Assembly: GCF_009914755.1 (NCBI RefSeq)
Contig: NC_060943.1
Source: the human T2T-CHM13v2.0 reference genome, Homo sapiens
Direction: 5' to 3' (one strand)
Length of the DNA: 64,000 nt
The notes under the pieces were generated by a model that was given only the letters and a program-made list of their open reading frames with translations, did not search any database and was not told the origin of the DNA. The position numbers were made by a program, and so were the translations under genes. Every line of letters starts with the position of its first letter. The first letter of the stretch is position 1. Shown piece after piece: positions 13,064 to 29,205 of the stretch.

Positions 13064-16000
13064 CAGTTTTGTTTTTCTGAAGCATGGTTTTCCAGCTTTC
13101 TTGAGGTATAATTGACAAATAATAAAAATTATATATGTTTAAGGTGTACAACATAATGTTTTGATCTACCTGTCCATTCTGAAATGATCATCACAGTCAA
13201 GCTAATTAACATATCCATCCCCTCACTTACTTTTGTAAGATGCACTCTCTTGGAAAATTTCAAATATACAGTACATCATTAACTATAGTCACCAAGCCAT
13301 ACATCAGGTCTCCAAAACTCAGCCATCTTATAACAGCAAATACATACCCATTGACCAACATCTCCCCATTTCCCTTGCCCCTTGGTAATCACCTTTCTAA
13401 TGCTTCTAGGAGTTTGACTTTTCTAGATTCCATGTAAGTGAGGTCATGCAGTATTTGTCTATGTCCGCCTTATTTTACTTAGCATGATGTTCTCCAGGTT
13501 TCCTTCTTTTTTAAGACTGAATAACCCACTGTGTGTATATATATGACATTTTCTTTACGCATTCAGCAATCGACAAACACGTTGTTTCCATATAGCAGCT
13601 ATTATAAATAATGCTGCAATGAATATGAGGTCACAGATACCTCTTTAAGATATTGATTTCACTTCCTTTGGTTATATACCCAGTAGCAGGATTGCTAGAT
13701 CATATGGTAGTTCTATTTTTAATATTTTGAGGCACCTCCACTACTGCTTTCCATAATGGCTGTACCAATTTTCACTTCTAACAACGATGTATAAGGGTTC
13801 CCTTTCTCCACATCCAACACTTGTTATCCTTTGACTTTTTGATAATATCTATTATAACAAGTGTGAGGTAGCAGCCAACTATGGTTTTGATTGGTACGTC
13901 CCTAATAATGTGATGTTGGGCACTTTTTCATATACCTACTGGCCATTTTTATTTCTTCTTTGGAAAAATGTCTATTTAGATCCTTTACCCATTTTTTATT
14001 CCATTTTTTTCTATCGAACTGTATGTATTTCGTAAATATTTTAAATATTGTGCAGATTCTTTCTCCCATTCCATAAGGTTGCTTTTTCATTTTGTTCATT
14101 ATTTCCTTTGCTGTGCAGAAACTTTTTAGTTTGATGTAGTTTCACTTATTTTTGCCTTTCTTGCCTGTGCTTTTGGTGTCAACTCTTTAAAAAAAAAATT
14201 TGTCAAAATTAATATCAAAGAGCTTTTCCCCTGTTCTAGAAGTTTTATGATCTCAGGTCTTACATTTAAGTCTTTAATCCATTTTGAGTTGATTTTTGTT
14301 TGTAGTTTAAGGATCTAATTTCACTTTTTCACATGTGGATATCTAGTTTTCCTTACACCATTTGCCGAAGAGACTGTCCTCTCCCCATTGCTTATTCTTG
14401 GCATCTTTGTCCAAGATTAGTTGACCATACATGCCAGGGTTTATTTCTGGGCTTCCTATTCTGTTACATTTGTCTCTGTTTTTATGCCAGTACCATACTA
14501 TTTTCATTACAGTACCTTTGTAATATATTTGAAATAAGGAAGTGTGATGCCTCCAGTATTGTTCAAGATTGCTTTAGCTATTTGGAGTTTTTGTGTTTCC
14601 ATATGAATTTTAGGATTGTTTTTTCTATTTCTGTAAAAAATATCATTGGAATTTCATAGGAATTGCATTAATTTGTAGATCACCTTTCATAGTGTGACAT
14701 TTGACAATATTGATTCTTCCAATCCATGAACACTGGGTGGCTTCCCATTTGTTTGTGTCTTCTACTTTCATCAGTGTTTTAGAATTTTCAGTGTTGAGAT
14801 CATCTCCTTGGTTAAATTTATTGTCAGTATTTTACTCTTTTTGATATTATTATAAGTGAAATTATTTTCATAGTTTTTTTTAGATAGTTTGTTAGAAATA
14901 CATTTAATTTTTGTATGTTGATTTTTTTTACCCTGCATTACTGAATTTACATGTTAGTTTTAACATTTTTTCATGGTGTCTTTAGGGTTTTCTAGATACA
15001 ATATCATGTCATCTACAAACATAATTTTACTTCTTTTCCAACGTAGACGCCTTTTGTTTTCTTGCGTAATTGTTCTGGCTAGAACTTCAGTTGTATGTTG
15101 AATAGAAGTGGTGAGGATGGGCATCTTTGCCTTGTTCCCAATCTTAGAGGAAAAGCTTTCAATTTTTTATAATTGGCTGTAAGCTGTGGTTTTGTCACCT
15201 ATGGCCTTTACTGGTGTTGAAGTACTTTCCTTCTGTAACTAATTCGTTGAGGGTTTTTATCACAGAAGAATGCTGAATTTTACCAAGTGCTTTTTCTTCA
15301 TCTATTCTAATGATATAGTTTTTATCCTTCATTCTGTTGATGTGATGTATCACATTGATTTTGCGTATCTTGAACTATCCTTGAATTTCTGGGATAAATC
15401 TCACTTGATCATGGTGTATGGTCCTTTTAAGGTACTGTTGAATTTGGTTTGCTAGTATTTTATTGAGGAGTTTTGCATCTATTTTCAGTAGGGATATTGG
15501 CTTGTAGTTTTTTGCTCTTACAGTGTTTGTCTGGCTTTGGTATCAGTGTAATGCTGACCTCATAAAATGAGTTTAATGAGGAGTTTGGTTGGGCTCCTTT
15601 TCCATTTTTTTGGAAGAGTTTGAGAAGGATTCTTTAAATGTTTGGTAGAATTCAACGGTGAAGCCACCAAGTCCTGGGCTTTTCTTTGATGGAAGATTTT
15701 TCCTCACTGATTTAATCTCCTTACTCATTATTGATCTTGTCAGGTTTTCTATTTATGATTCAGTCTTAGCAGGTTATATATTTCTAGGAATTTATTCATT
15801 TCTTCTAGGTTATCCAATTTTTTGGCATATAATTTTTCATTATGGTCTCATGATCCTTTATATTTCTGTGGTTATCAGTTGTAATGCCTTCTCTTTCATT
15901 TCTAGTTTTACTTCAGTCTTGTCTATTTTAATCTTAAGTAGTCTGGCTAAAGGTTTTTGTTGGTTTATCTTTTCATACAACCAACATTCAGTTTCATCGA

Positions 16001-16357
16001 TCTTTTCTATTGTCTTCCTAGTCTCTCATTTATTTCTGCTGCGATCTTTATTATTATTTCCTTCCTTGTACTGACTTTGGGCTTAGTTTCTTTTTCCTTC
16101 TACTGACTTTGGGCTTAGCTGCTGCTTTTTCTAGTAACTTGAGGTGTAACATTAAGCTGGTATAAGATCTTTCCTACTCACCCTTGCTCTCTTTGGTTTC
16201 CATTTACGTGGAATGTCTTTTCCCATCTTTTTACTTTCGGGCTACATGCATTCTTAAAGCTATAGTGAGCTTCTTGTAGGCAGCATATACCTTAGGTCTT
16301 TCTTTTTTAATCCAGTCAGCCACTATGTGTTTTGACTAGAGAACTTAATCCATTTAC

Positions 16358-16637
<280 letters not shown>

Positions 16638-17271
16638 GTAAGTACTTACTGTTGCCTTTTTGTTCATTCTTCTGTGGCTGTTGTACAGATGTTTTGTTGC
16701 TTTCTTCCTCCCTTGTCTTCCTTTGTGATTTGATGACTTTCTGTAGTGATACGCTTTGATTTCTTTCTCTTTTCTCCATAATATAGGTTCTTGCTTTGTG
16801 GCTACTATGAAGCTTAAAACATCCTGTAGTTTTAATAGTCTGTTTTAAGCTGTTAACAGCTTAGCTTTGATTGCATACAAACAATTTATACTCTTCCATT
16901 TCCCACATTTTATGTTTTTGATGTCACAATTTACATCTTTCTATATTGTATATTAACAAATTATTATAACTTTTTAATATTTTTATCTTTTAATCTTTTA
17001 TACTAGAGATAAGTTATTTAGATACCACTGTTACAGTATTAGGGTAATCTGGATTGAGTATATAATTACCTTTACCCCAGTGGGTTTTATAATTTCATAT
17101 GGTTTCATGTTACTAAGTGTCCTTTCTTTAAAGCTGAAGAATTTACTATTTCCTATAAATCAGCTCCATTACTGATGAAGCCCCTCATCTTTTGTTTGTC
17201 CAAGGAAGTTTTTATCTCTCCTTCATTTCTGAAGGCCATTTTTGGCAGGTAAAACATTCTTGGTTGGCAGT

Positions 17272-17815
17272 ACAGTCATGCACTGTGTAAAGACATTTTG
17301 GTCAGTGATGGTCCACATATGTGACAGTGCTCTCATAACATTTTAGTAGTGCTAAAAAATTCCAATCACCTAATGACATAGCCAGTGTAACATTGTAAAG
17401 CACATTACTCACATGTCTGTCATTTAAACCTGCTGCACTGCCAGTCATGTAACAGTAGTAAATATGGTTATGTACAGTAGATTATATACAGTACATAATA
17501 ATGAATAGTAATAAGTGACCACATTACTGGTTTATATATTTTTATACTATTTATTGTTATTTTAGAATGTATTCCTTCTACTTACTAAAAAAGAAAAGTT
17601 AACTCAAAAACAAGCCTCAAGCAGATGCTTCAGAAGACATTCTAGAAGGCATTGTCACCATAGGAGATGTCAGCTCCGTGCATGTTATTGCCCCTGAATA
17701 CCTTAAGTGGGACACAGTAGAAGGTGTCAGACAGTGATACTCAAGATCCTAACCCTATTTAGGCCTAGATTAATGCGTATGTGTCTTCGTTTACAACAAA
17801 AAAGTTTAAAAAGTA
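17272..17815. mobile_element. Tigger3-like DNA transposon fragment
   Basis: TACAGTCATGCACTGTGTAAAGACATTTTGGTCAGTGATGG terminus. Confidence 0.6.
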
Positions 17816-18530
17816 AAATCGGGCAGGCAAAAAGGGCCTGGAAGGTAGGCTACTGAGTTAAGAAGACAGAGTCCTAGCTCTGCTATAAGATTTGCAGCAC
17901 TAGATTTTGATACTTCACATATACAGCTAAGTGTACTAAATGTTGTTCTGGAATGTCACCCTTTTATTATGAAATGCAAATATGCTCACCTTTATGGTCC
18001 TTACGAGTTACTCCTTATTGTTCTAAGTAATTTCGGGATATTAACTCAGCCCAACCCTATGAAATTGGTCCCATTCTAACAATGAGGAACGTGAGGGTGT
18101 GATATAAGATATTCCAAACTCATCTTGAAGATTTCTTAGTCTATACTAGACTCAGCTATTTCTCCAGTGAGTCCTGGTTTCTGTCACGGGTAAATGATAT
18201 TCAGAGACAGTTTTGCACTTTAGAGGCTCATTCCTCCTGAGCTGTTAGCAGTCATAAGCCTTTTTAGTGGTTCAGGCTAGAAAAAAGTCCAAGAAAAAAT
18301 GAAAAATGCATACTATATTTCTAATTTGAGGATATACTGTGTTCTTGGATAAGGAGGCAAATTGTAACTACACTCTATGTGTATGTTGTTACCCTTTAGT
18401 AAGAAGAAGCTTCCCAGCCTGCTAGTGTTGAACATCTAGCAGGCCTAGACTCTAATGGCTTCTGTGTTCTCCTCTAGCTCTGCCTGCTTAGGACTCTGCC
18501 CAGCCAGGAAGGAAACCTACAGGAGGAAGA

Positions 18531-18563
18531 ATGGCTGCAGGGTGGCTGACAACCTGGTCACAG
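18531..18563 (+). CDS. ZNF177: ZNF177 coding exon 1 (MAAGWLTTWSQ)
   Basis: Acceptor at 18477/18478, AGAATGG start context, donor CAG|GTACAC; join of 5 exons is 1446 nt = 481 aa plus stop. Confidence 0.9.
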
Positions 18564-19180
18564 GTACACAAGAAATTTCTCTATTTCCAAAAGCACACTG
18601 CCATTCCTGAAAAGAACACATCTCTTGCCCCTGACCTGAAGCTTCACAGCCCAATCTGAGCTGGCTTCATCTTCTGCAGCTCCCAGGCTGCTTCATGTGG
18701 AAGAGGGAATCCCTGGGAAAGGCTTCTGTTCCCACATTTGTTAACTTTCTCCAGATATTCTTCCATATTTTTGAGTATGAATTCCATACTGTAGTGAGTG
18801 CTGTAAAGAAAGACTTTTACTAGGAAAATTATTTATCATTTCTGAAGTATTTCTTGCATTCCTACAGTATGCCCTGTCTATACTGGATCTGAATAAGACG
18901 AAAAGAGTCCTCACAACCTAACTGTGCAAAGATCAAGCCAACCATATTTTAGAAAAGCTGTTTTGACCATGACCCTGAATGAGATGGCCCAGGGAGCAGG
19001 ATTTAAAGAGAGTTCTGAGAACTCAGCTTTAAGGCAAATTAAGAGAAGGCCTCTGATGCATGTCTGAGCTTCCAGTGCCCTGAGTCTCCTCTCCAGTCCT
19101 GTCAGCCTCACCCACCATTCTCCTGGTACATTGTCAAAAATGGTCATTGGCTGAGCCAGAATATGTATGTGATGTTTTAG

Positions 19181-19354
<174 letters not shown>

Positions 19355-19745
19355 TAAGCACATATTATGTTCCAGAATCTGTGGAAAGAATAGCAATACA
19401 GTGGTTAACCCCAAAATGAATGGTCCCTGCCCTTGAGGGGGCAGTCCAGTGGCTTCCCATGAAAATGCACTGATTTCATTTTCTCTATCACTAATAGCTT
19501 AAGGTAATTTGCAATCTGTGTCTCATCTTGTGTATAGGTTTCAAGGGTCACTTCCATATAGGGCGTGGACCATGCTTTTTGGTTCTTGTGAAAGAAAGAG
19601 CTCGGCTCTGATTGTTTTGTTGTTCCTAAAGCTGCACTTGACTATTTTAATAATCCTTTAGTTAAAGCCAAAGTATGGCAATCAGTTTTGTGGAATATTT
19701 AATTCTCACACATTTCTCCCACATCCTTGCTTTCTGCGTGAGCAG

Positions 19746-19838
19746 GGTATCAGCTCTGCAGACACAGTCTGATCTCCAAGGTGGATCAAGAACAGCTGAA
19801 GACAGATGAAAGAGGAATTTTACAAGGTGACTGTGCAG
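19746..19838 (+). CDS. ZNF177: ZNF177 KRAB-B exon
   Basis: GYQLCRHSLISKVDQEQLKTDERGILQGDCA; CAG| and |GTGAGC; phase consistent. Confidence 0.93.
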
Positions 19839-20293
19839 GTGAGCCTTGGGCAGAACAGGGTGCAGCCTTGGCCAGTGAGGGTTAGTACATTTGGGAATGT
19901 TACTCAGTGAAGGAAAAGAAATCTGAGGCCATGACATGAGCTTCCTTCCTGTTTCACCATCTATTCAATCATTCATACGTTCATTTGGTCTCCGAGAAAG
20001 AAGTTTTAATTCCTCTTTAAATGTAATGTCTCCATGAATGCTTTTTGTTTAGTTCTCCCTATTTTCCAGATAATACTGTCTTATTTCCCAACCTCCACAA
20101 TCCTTTCTAACTAAAATACCTCCCATTTCTACTGCTTGTTCCTATCACTGGTGAATCACTGGTTGTGTCTTCTTTCTTACATTTCTCTACTTAGAAGATA
20201 TTATTTGAAAACAAATCCATAGGGTCTCCCTCCCTTTTTCTTTGATCCCAACCTTTTCTCCCAATAATTATAAAAATTCCTGTGCTATTTCAG

Positions 20294-20376
20294 ACTGGGA
20301 AACTCAACTTAAACCAAAAGATACAATTGCTATGCAGAACATTCCTGGGGGAAAAACATCCAATGGCATAAACATG
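20294..20376 (+). CDS. ZNF177: ZNF177 linker exon
   Basis: DWETQLKPKDTIAMQNIPGGKTSNGINM; TTTCAG| and |GTAAGA. Confidence 0.92.
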
Positions 20377-20904
20377 GTAAGACTTACTAGGAAGTATTCC
20401 TGGTCTTTGTAGTAGAAGTCTGGGAATCTGAATGAGTTAAAACATCAGCACCCAAAGCAGGGGTAAGAATTCAGGCACCAGGCTTTCACCAGAAAGCTGT
20501 CTCGGGAGAGTTTGGAGTTTGATTTTCATGAAATTGGAGAAATCTGTAAACCTAGGTTAACACTTGCTGGCTCACAGAGAATAACCACAAGTAAACATCT
20601 ATGTAAATATGATTTTAGAGTTAAGTATTTAGTACATAATTCATTCATTCTTCACTCAGTATTAGAAAAACTGTATTAAAGAAGCCCTTTGCTGGGAAGG
20701 AATAGAGCCTTGGACAGAGGAGTGAGCTTATTCAACTCGAAAAAGCTAATAGGGCAAAAGTCATACGCACGTACTGAAAATGGTACACATGTCAGTCATG
20801 ATCATGTGCTTCCTATATATGGCAGAATCCTCATGGAAGAGAATTCCTGTGAATAAGGTGAAAGTGAAAAAGCCTCTAGTCACCACTTACTCCCTTTTCA
20901 ACAG

Positions 20905-22014
20905 GCAGAAAATCAACCTGGTGAGCACTCCCTGGAGTGTAACCATTGTGGGAAATTCAGAAAGAACACTCGCTTTATTTGTACAAGATATTGCAAGGGA
21001 GAGAAATGCTATAAATATATAAAGTATAGCAAAGTCTTCAACCATCCCTCAACTCTTAGGAGTCATGTGAGCATTCACATTGGAGAGAAAACTCTTGAAT
21101 TTACTGATTGTAGAAAAGCTTTCAATCAAGAGTCATCCCTCAGGAAACACTTAAGAACTCCCACAGGACAGAAGTTTCAGGAGTATGAGCAATGTGATAT
21201 GTCCTTCAGCCTACACTCTTCCTGCTCAGTACGTGAGCAAATACCTACTGGAGAGAAAGGTGATGAATGCAGTGACTATGGCAAAATATCTCCCCTTAGT
21301 GTCCACACAAAAACTGGTAGTGTGGAGGAGGGTTTGGAATGTAATGAACATGAGAAAACTTTCACTGACCCTTTGTCCCTTCAGAACTGTGTCAGAACTC
21401 ACTCTGGAGAGATGCCCTATGAATGCAGTGACTGTGGGAAAGCCTTCATTTTTCAGTCTTCCCTTAAGAAACACATGAGATCTCATACTGGAGAGAAGCC
21501 TTATGAGTGTGATCACTGTGGAAAATCCTTTAGCCAGAGCTCTCATCTGAATGTGCACAAAAGAACTCACACTGGAGAGAAACCCTATGACTGTAAGGAA
21601 TGTGGGAAGGCTTTCACTGTTCCTTCATCCCTTCAGAAACATGTGAGAACCCACACTGGAGAGAAACCCTATGAATGCAGTGACTGTGGAAAAGCCTTCA
21701 TTGATCAGTCATCCCTTAAGAAACACACACGCTCTCACACTGGAGAGAAGCCTTATGAGTGTAACCAGTGTGGAAAGTCCTTCAGCACAGGCTCTTACCT
21801 TATTGTGCACAAGAGAACTCACACTGGTGAGAAAACCTATGAGTGTAAAGAATGTGGGAAGGCCTTTAGGAATTCCTCTTGCCTGAGGGTACACGTGAGA
21901 ACTCACACTGGAGAGAAGCCTTATAAATGTTTTCAGTGTGAAAAAGCCTTTAGCACAAGCACTAACCTTATAATGCACAAGCGAATCCACAATGGCCAGA
22001 AACTCCATGAATGA
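20905..22014 (+). CDS. ZNF177: ZNF177 C2H2 zinc-finger exon (6 degenerate, 7 intact fingers)
   Basis: Acceptor CCTTTTCAACAG|GCA; open frame containing ORF 21067-22014; TGEKPY linkers; ends HNGQKLHE*. Confidence 0.97.
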   Translation, partial: AENQPGEHSLECNHCGKFRKNTRFICTRYCKGEKCYKYIKYSKVFNHPSTLRSHVSIHIGEKTLEFTDCRKAFNQESSLRKHLRTPTGQKFQEYEQCDMSFSLHSSCSVREQIPTGEKGDECSDYGKISPLSVHTKTGSVEEGLECNEHEKTFTDPLSLQNCVRTHSGEMPYECSDCGKAFIFQSSLKKHMRSHTGEKPYECDHCGKSFSQSSHLNVHKRTHTGEKPYDCKECGKAFTVPSSLQKHVRTHTGEKPYECSDCGKAFIDQSSLKKHTRSHTGEKPYECNQCGKSFSTGSYLIVHKRTHTGEKTYECKECGKAFRNSSCLRVHVRTHTGEKPYKCFQCEKAFSTSTNLIMHKRIHNGQKLHE

Positions 22015-22345
22015 AATGACTCAGGGAAGTGTTTGTTGCCCCTCATGCCTCCTTTCTCACTTTAGAACATATATTGGAGAGAAGCCCTGTTATGGTCACC
22101 TGGAAACAGCCTTCTGGCCCAACTCTGGATGCCTGTTATACTGGGACAAACCTTATAAATGTTATAGCTATGATTGTTTTTATCAGTGAGTATTTCATTC
22201 TTATATGTGTCACAACTGTAGATCCTATGAATATTTTAGTTATCTTTTCAGTTTAATTGCATTGTGAACAGAACACATGGTCTTCAATATGTAGATTCTG
22301 TGTGACATAGATTTGAACATAATTGCTGGACACTGACTGATGTAC

Positions 22346-22820
22346 TGTGGCAGACAGAACTAGTTGCTGTCTCAATATCCATTCCTCCCTTCTTTCTTAA
22401 AGTAATAAAATTTACCATTTAGTTCAAGCTGGCAATGTGGACAGTTTTCACCCAGCTTCCCTTACAGCTGTGAGCGGCCAAATATGTTCACATCCCTAGC
22501 CCATGCAAAGTAGGCAGAAGTCACTGGATACAGCTGCTAAGGAAGCTCATGGAAATGGGAATATCTCATCTGGTGTTTTTTTCTTAACTATTTGCCCTTT
22601 GTCTTGTCCCTTATTTCCTAGAAAATATATACACCAAGAGGAGGACAGAGAAAGGATACTAAATGAAACAACAGGGGAGATACAATATTATCTGGTTGCA
22701 CTAATCCTGTGCTGCTTATCTCTGGATTTCATGTTACATGAGAAAAATTAACTGCCACGTGGTTTAAACCACTCTTGTGGGAAGTTCCTCTTTCAGCTGA
22801 TTTCAGTCCCAACTGTTACA
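22346..22820 (+). mobile_element. MLT1-type (MaLR) LTR in ZNF177 3' UTR
   Basis: TGTGGCAGAC...AACTGTTACA termini and diverged MLT1-like motifs. Confidence 0.55.
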
Positions 22821-22823
22821 TCT

Positions 22824-22829
22824 AATAAA
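22824..22829 (+). terminator. ZNF177: Candidate ZNF177 polyadenylation signal (another AATAAA at 22404-22409)
   Basis: AATAAA about 810 nt after the stop codon. Confidence 0.55.
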
Positions 22830-22874
22830 TGGTCAAGTTTTAGGAATCGTTCAAGTATGGTTGAAAAATTGTGT

Positions 22875-23567
<693 letters not shown>

Positions 23568-23689
23568 ACTCTCCTTTTTTGGGGGGCACTGTAATTGGGT
23601 ACATTTAAGTTTACTCATTTTATGTTTCTGGCAAATTGTGCTATTAGTGCCCATACTTTTCCCCTAATAACTAATGTTCATTAATTTAC

Positions 23690-24419
<730 letters not shown>

Positions 24420-24518
24420 CATTCTGGCAGTATATGAGGGCAGGATAACAAACTCAGACAAGGACAGAATGAAGCCTGAAAACCTTCAAAAATAATTTAT
24501 GAAATAGAAGGAAACTGG

Positions 24519-24810
24519 GTTTTTTTTTTTCGTTTTTTTTTTTGAGATGGAGTCTCGCTCTGTTGCCAGGCTGGAGTGCAGTGGCGCAATCTCAGCTCAT
24601 TGCAAACCTTCGCCTCCTGGGTTCAAGTGATTCTCCTGCCTCAGCCTCCGGAGTAGCTGGGACTACAGGCAAGGGCCACCACACCCAGCTAGTTAGAGAT
24701 GGGGTTTCACCATGTTGTCCAGGATGGTCTGGATCTCTTGACCTCGTGATCTGCCCACCTCAGCCTCCCAGAGTGCTGGGATTACAGGTGTGAGCCACCA
24801 TGCCTGGCCG
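24519..24810 (-). mobile_element. Alu
   Basis: Antisense Alu. Confidence 0.93.
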
Positions 24811-26399
24811 GAACTGGGTATTTTTTAAAAAGAAACCATCATATCGCATTTAAATTTATCCAGAAATGCAAAGTTGGTTTTACATTAGAAAAATCAATAA
24901 ATACAATTCACTTTTAAAATAGGCTTATTACTCATTCACTCATACTAATAATTACTAGGCACCTAGAATGAATGAGGCAGTGTTCAAAGCATTTAATGCA
25001 TTATTGAAAAAATAGGATAATCTCAGTAGATAAAGAAAAAGCCATAAAGAGGTATTACTGAGAAAAATCTTTGAAAATATGATAAACATTGTATAAAAAA
25101 ATGCAAAAGTAAACAATAAATGAATGGTGGAAAATAGAAAATGAGTTTAAAATCAGGAAGATGACAATGGTATCCACTACTTAGTATTTTACTGGAATCT
25201 TAAGTGAGGCAGGCTAGGAAAAGATATTTAAAAACCTAAGGACCAGAAAGGTAGAAGTAAATCTGTCATTATTTATAATATGATTACCTAAATGGAAAAT
25301 TTCAAAGGATCTATATTTAAATTAATGAAAATGTTTACTATCTTAATAAAGATAAACTTGCAACTTATACTCAGGAATAGAAATAATAAAATTTAAAAGT
25401 CAATACCATTTATAAGAGCAACAATGGTATAACATATGGAAGAATAAATTTTAAACTTACCAAAATTGTGGAAGAATAAATTTTAAACTTACCAAATTGT
25501 TTTGAAGACAGTATTGAAAACATTAAAGATGACGTAAACAAATTTGAGACATTCATTGAAAGGTCAAATTCTGAAAAGACTCACTTCTCCCAAACTGATT
25601 TAGATTCAAAAAGTTCCAAATACAGCTCCACTTCCAGATTGGCTGCAGACATTTACAGGAACCCACATGAATAAACAGTGAACTAACATCTTCAAAGACC
25701 CTGGAAATCTGTGGACAAAAAAAGGAGTGAAAGAATTAAATGCCAGAGGATGAGCTCCTCCTAGAAGAGCAGAAATCAGTGGCTGGTTTCTTCCCTGAAG
25801 GCATTTTCCTGGTCTAGGAGCAGACTGGCGGAGAGCCAGGCCTGCCACAGGCAGAGGAACTTTACTGGAATATGGAGAGACCAGGGGGCATTAATGGTCA
25901 CAAGGCTAGTGTGACACTATAATATAAAATAGACTCTCTTTACCAGTGCTGCGTATCCCTATAATGATTTGCTGAGTGTGTAGCAACAGCTGGTGCTGGG
26001 CACTAACCAGGAAAAAATGGATATCCCTATTGTAGTGCTTAGATTCCACAGTCCTGTTAGAGGGAGTGGTCTGAAATAGTCATAGGAAAGATCTTACTCA
26101 AGATGTTTGAAACCCGAAGTGAACCAAAACTAATTTTTACATCCCAACCTCTGATTGGATCAAAGTTGAGGAGATTCTCACCTAAACTGCTTGGCAGAGG
26201 AAATGGAGTGACTTCCAGATGAAAATATTTTTCAATTTCTGCTGTTCTTTTAAGCATAATATCCACATCCAACTTAAAACATCACATGATGTGCAGAGCA
26301 GCAGGTCAATGTTACCAATCATCAGGAGAAAAAGGTCCAACAAAAATAGACCCATAGATGATATGAGAAGTTGGAATTAGCAGACAAGGACTTTAGAAT

Positions 26400-27814
<1,415 letters not shown>

Positions 27815-28504
27815 CTAAAAGCAAACTAAACACAGCAAATAAAGGTGGGGGAGAGGGCAATCAGTGAACTTAAAGATAGGTTAACAGAAATGTGCCTAAC
27901 TTACGGACACGGGAAAACAATGAGTGTTTTCTAAAACTGATTAAAAACATCAAACCAGCAGAGTCAAGCTCAGCAAACCTAAGCAGGATAAATGCAAAGA
28001 AAACCACACACAGTTCACCATCAATCTGTTAAAAAAAAAAAATCTTAAGAAAGAGAAAGTACGTTCAGGATTTTAAAAAATGTGGCTGACTTCTCAGTGA
28101 CATAACAGGGAGAAGAAAAATGTAATTGTATCTTTAAAGTGCTGAAAGAGAAAAACCTAATTGTATGCTTTGCAAAAAAAAATCTTCAAAAATACAAAAT
28201 TCCATTTTGAGACAAAAGCTGACAAAATAAATTGTCAAACTTGTGCTATGGGAAATACTACAGGAAGTGTTTCATACTGAAGAGAAATAATCCCAGGCTG
28301 AGGTGCATGCAGATTGATGGGATGAAATTAAAGAGTATGGAAGGGCAAACAGGTGGACAAATATAAAATACTATTTTTTTAATTTAAAGACTATTGATTG
28401 ATTAAAGCAACAATAACTTAGTGTGAACTCTGTAATAAGTTCCAGGGTCTGTATGTCTGCTTTTACACCAGTACCATGCTGTTTTGCTTACTGCAGCCTT
28501 GTAG

Positions 28505-29205
<701 letters not shown>

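Noticed and set aside
21226-22008. Antisense and alternative-frame ORFs over the finger exons (also 53459-54857)
   Set aside because: Expected shadow ORFs of repetitive C2H2 codon patterns
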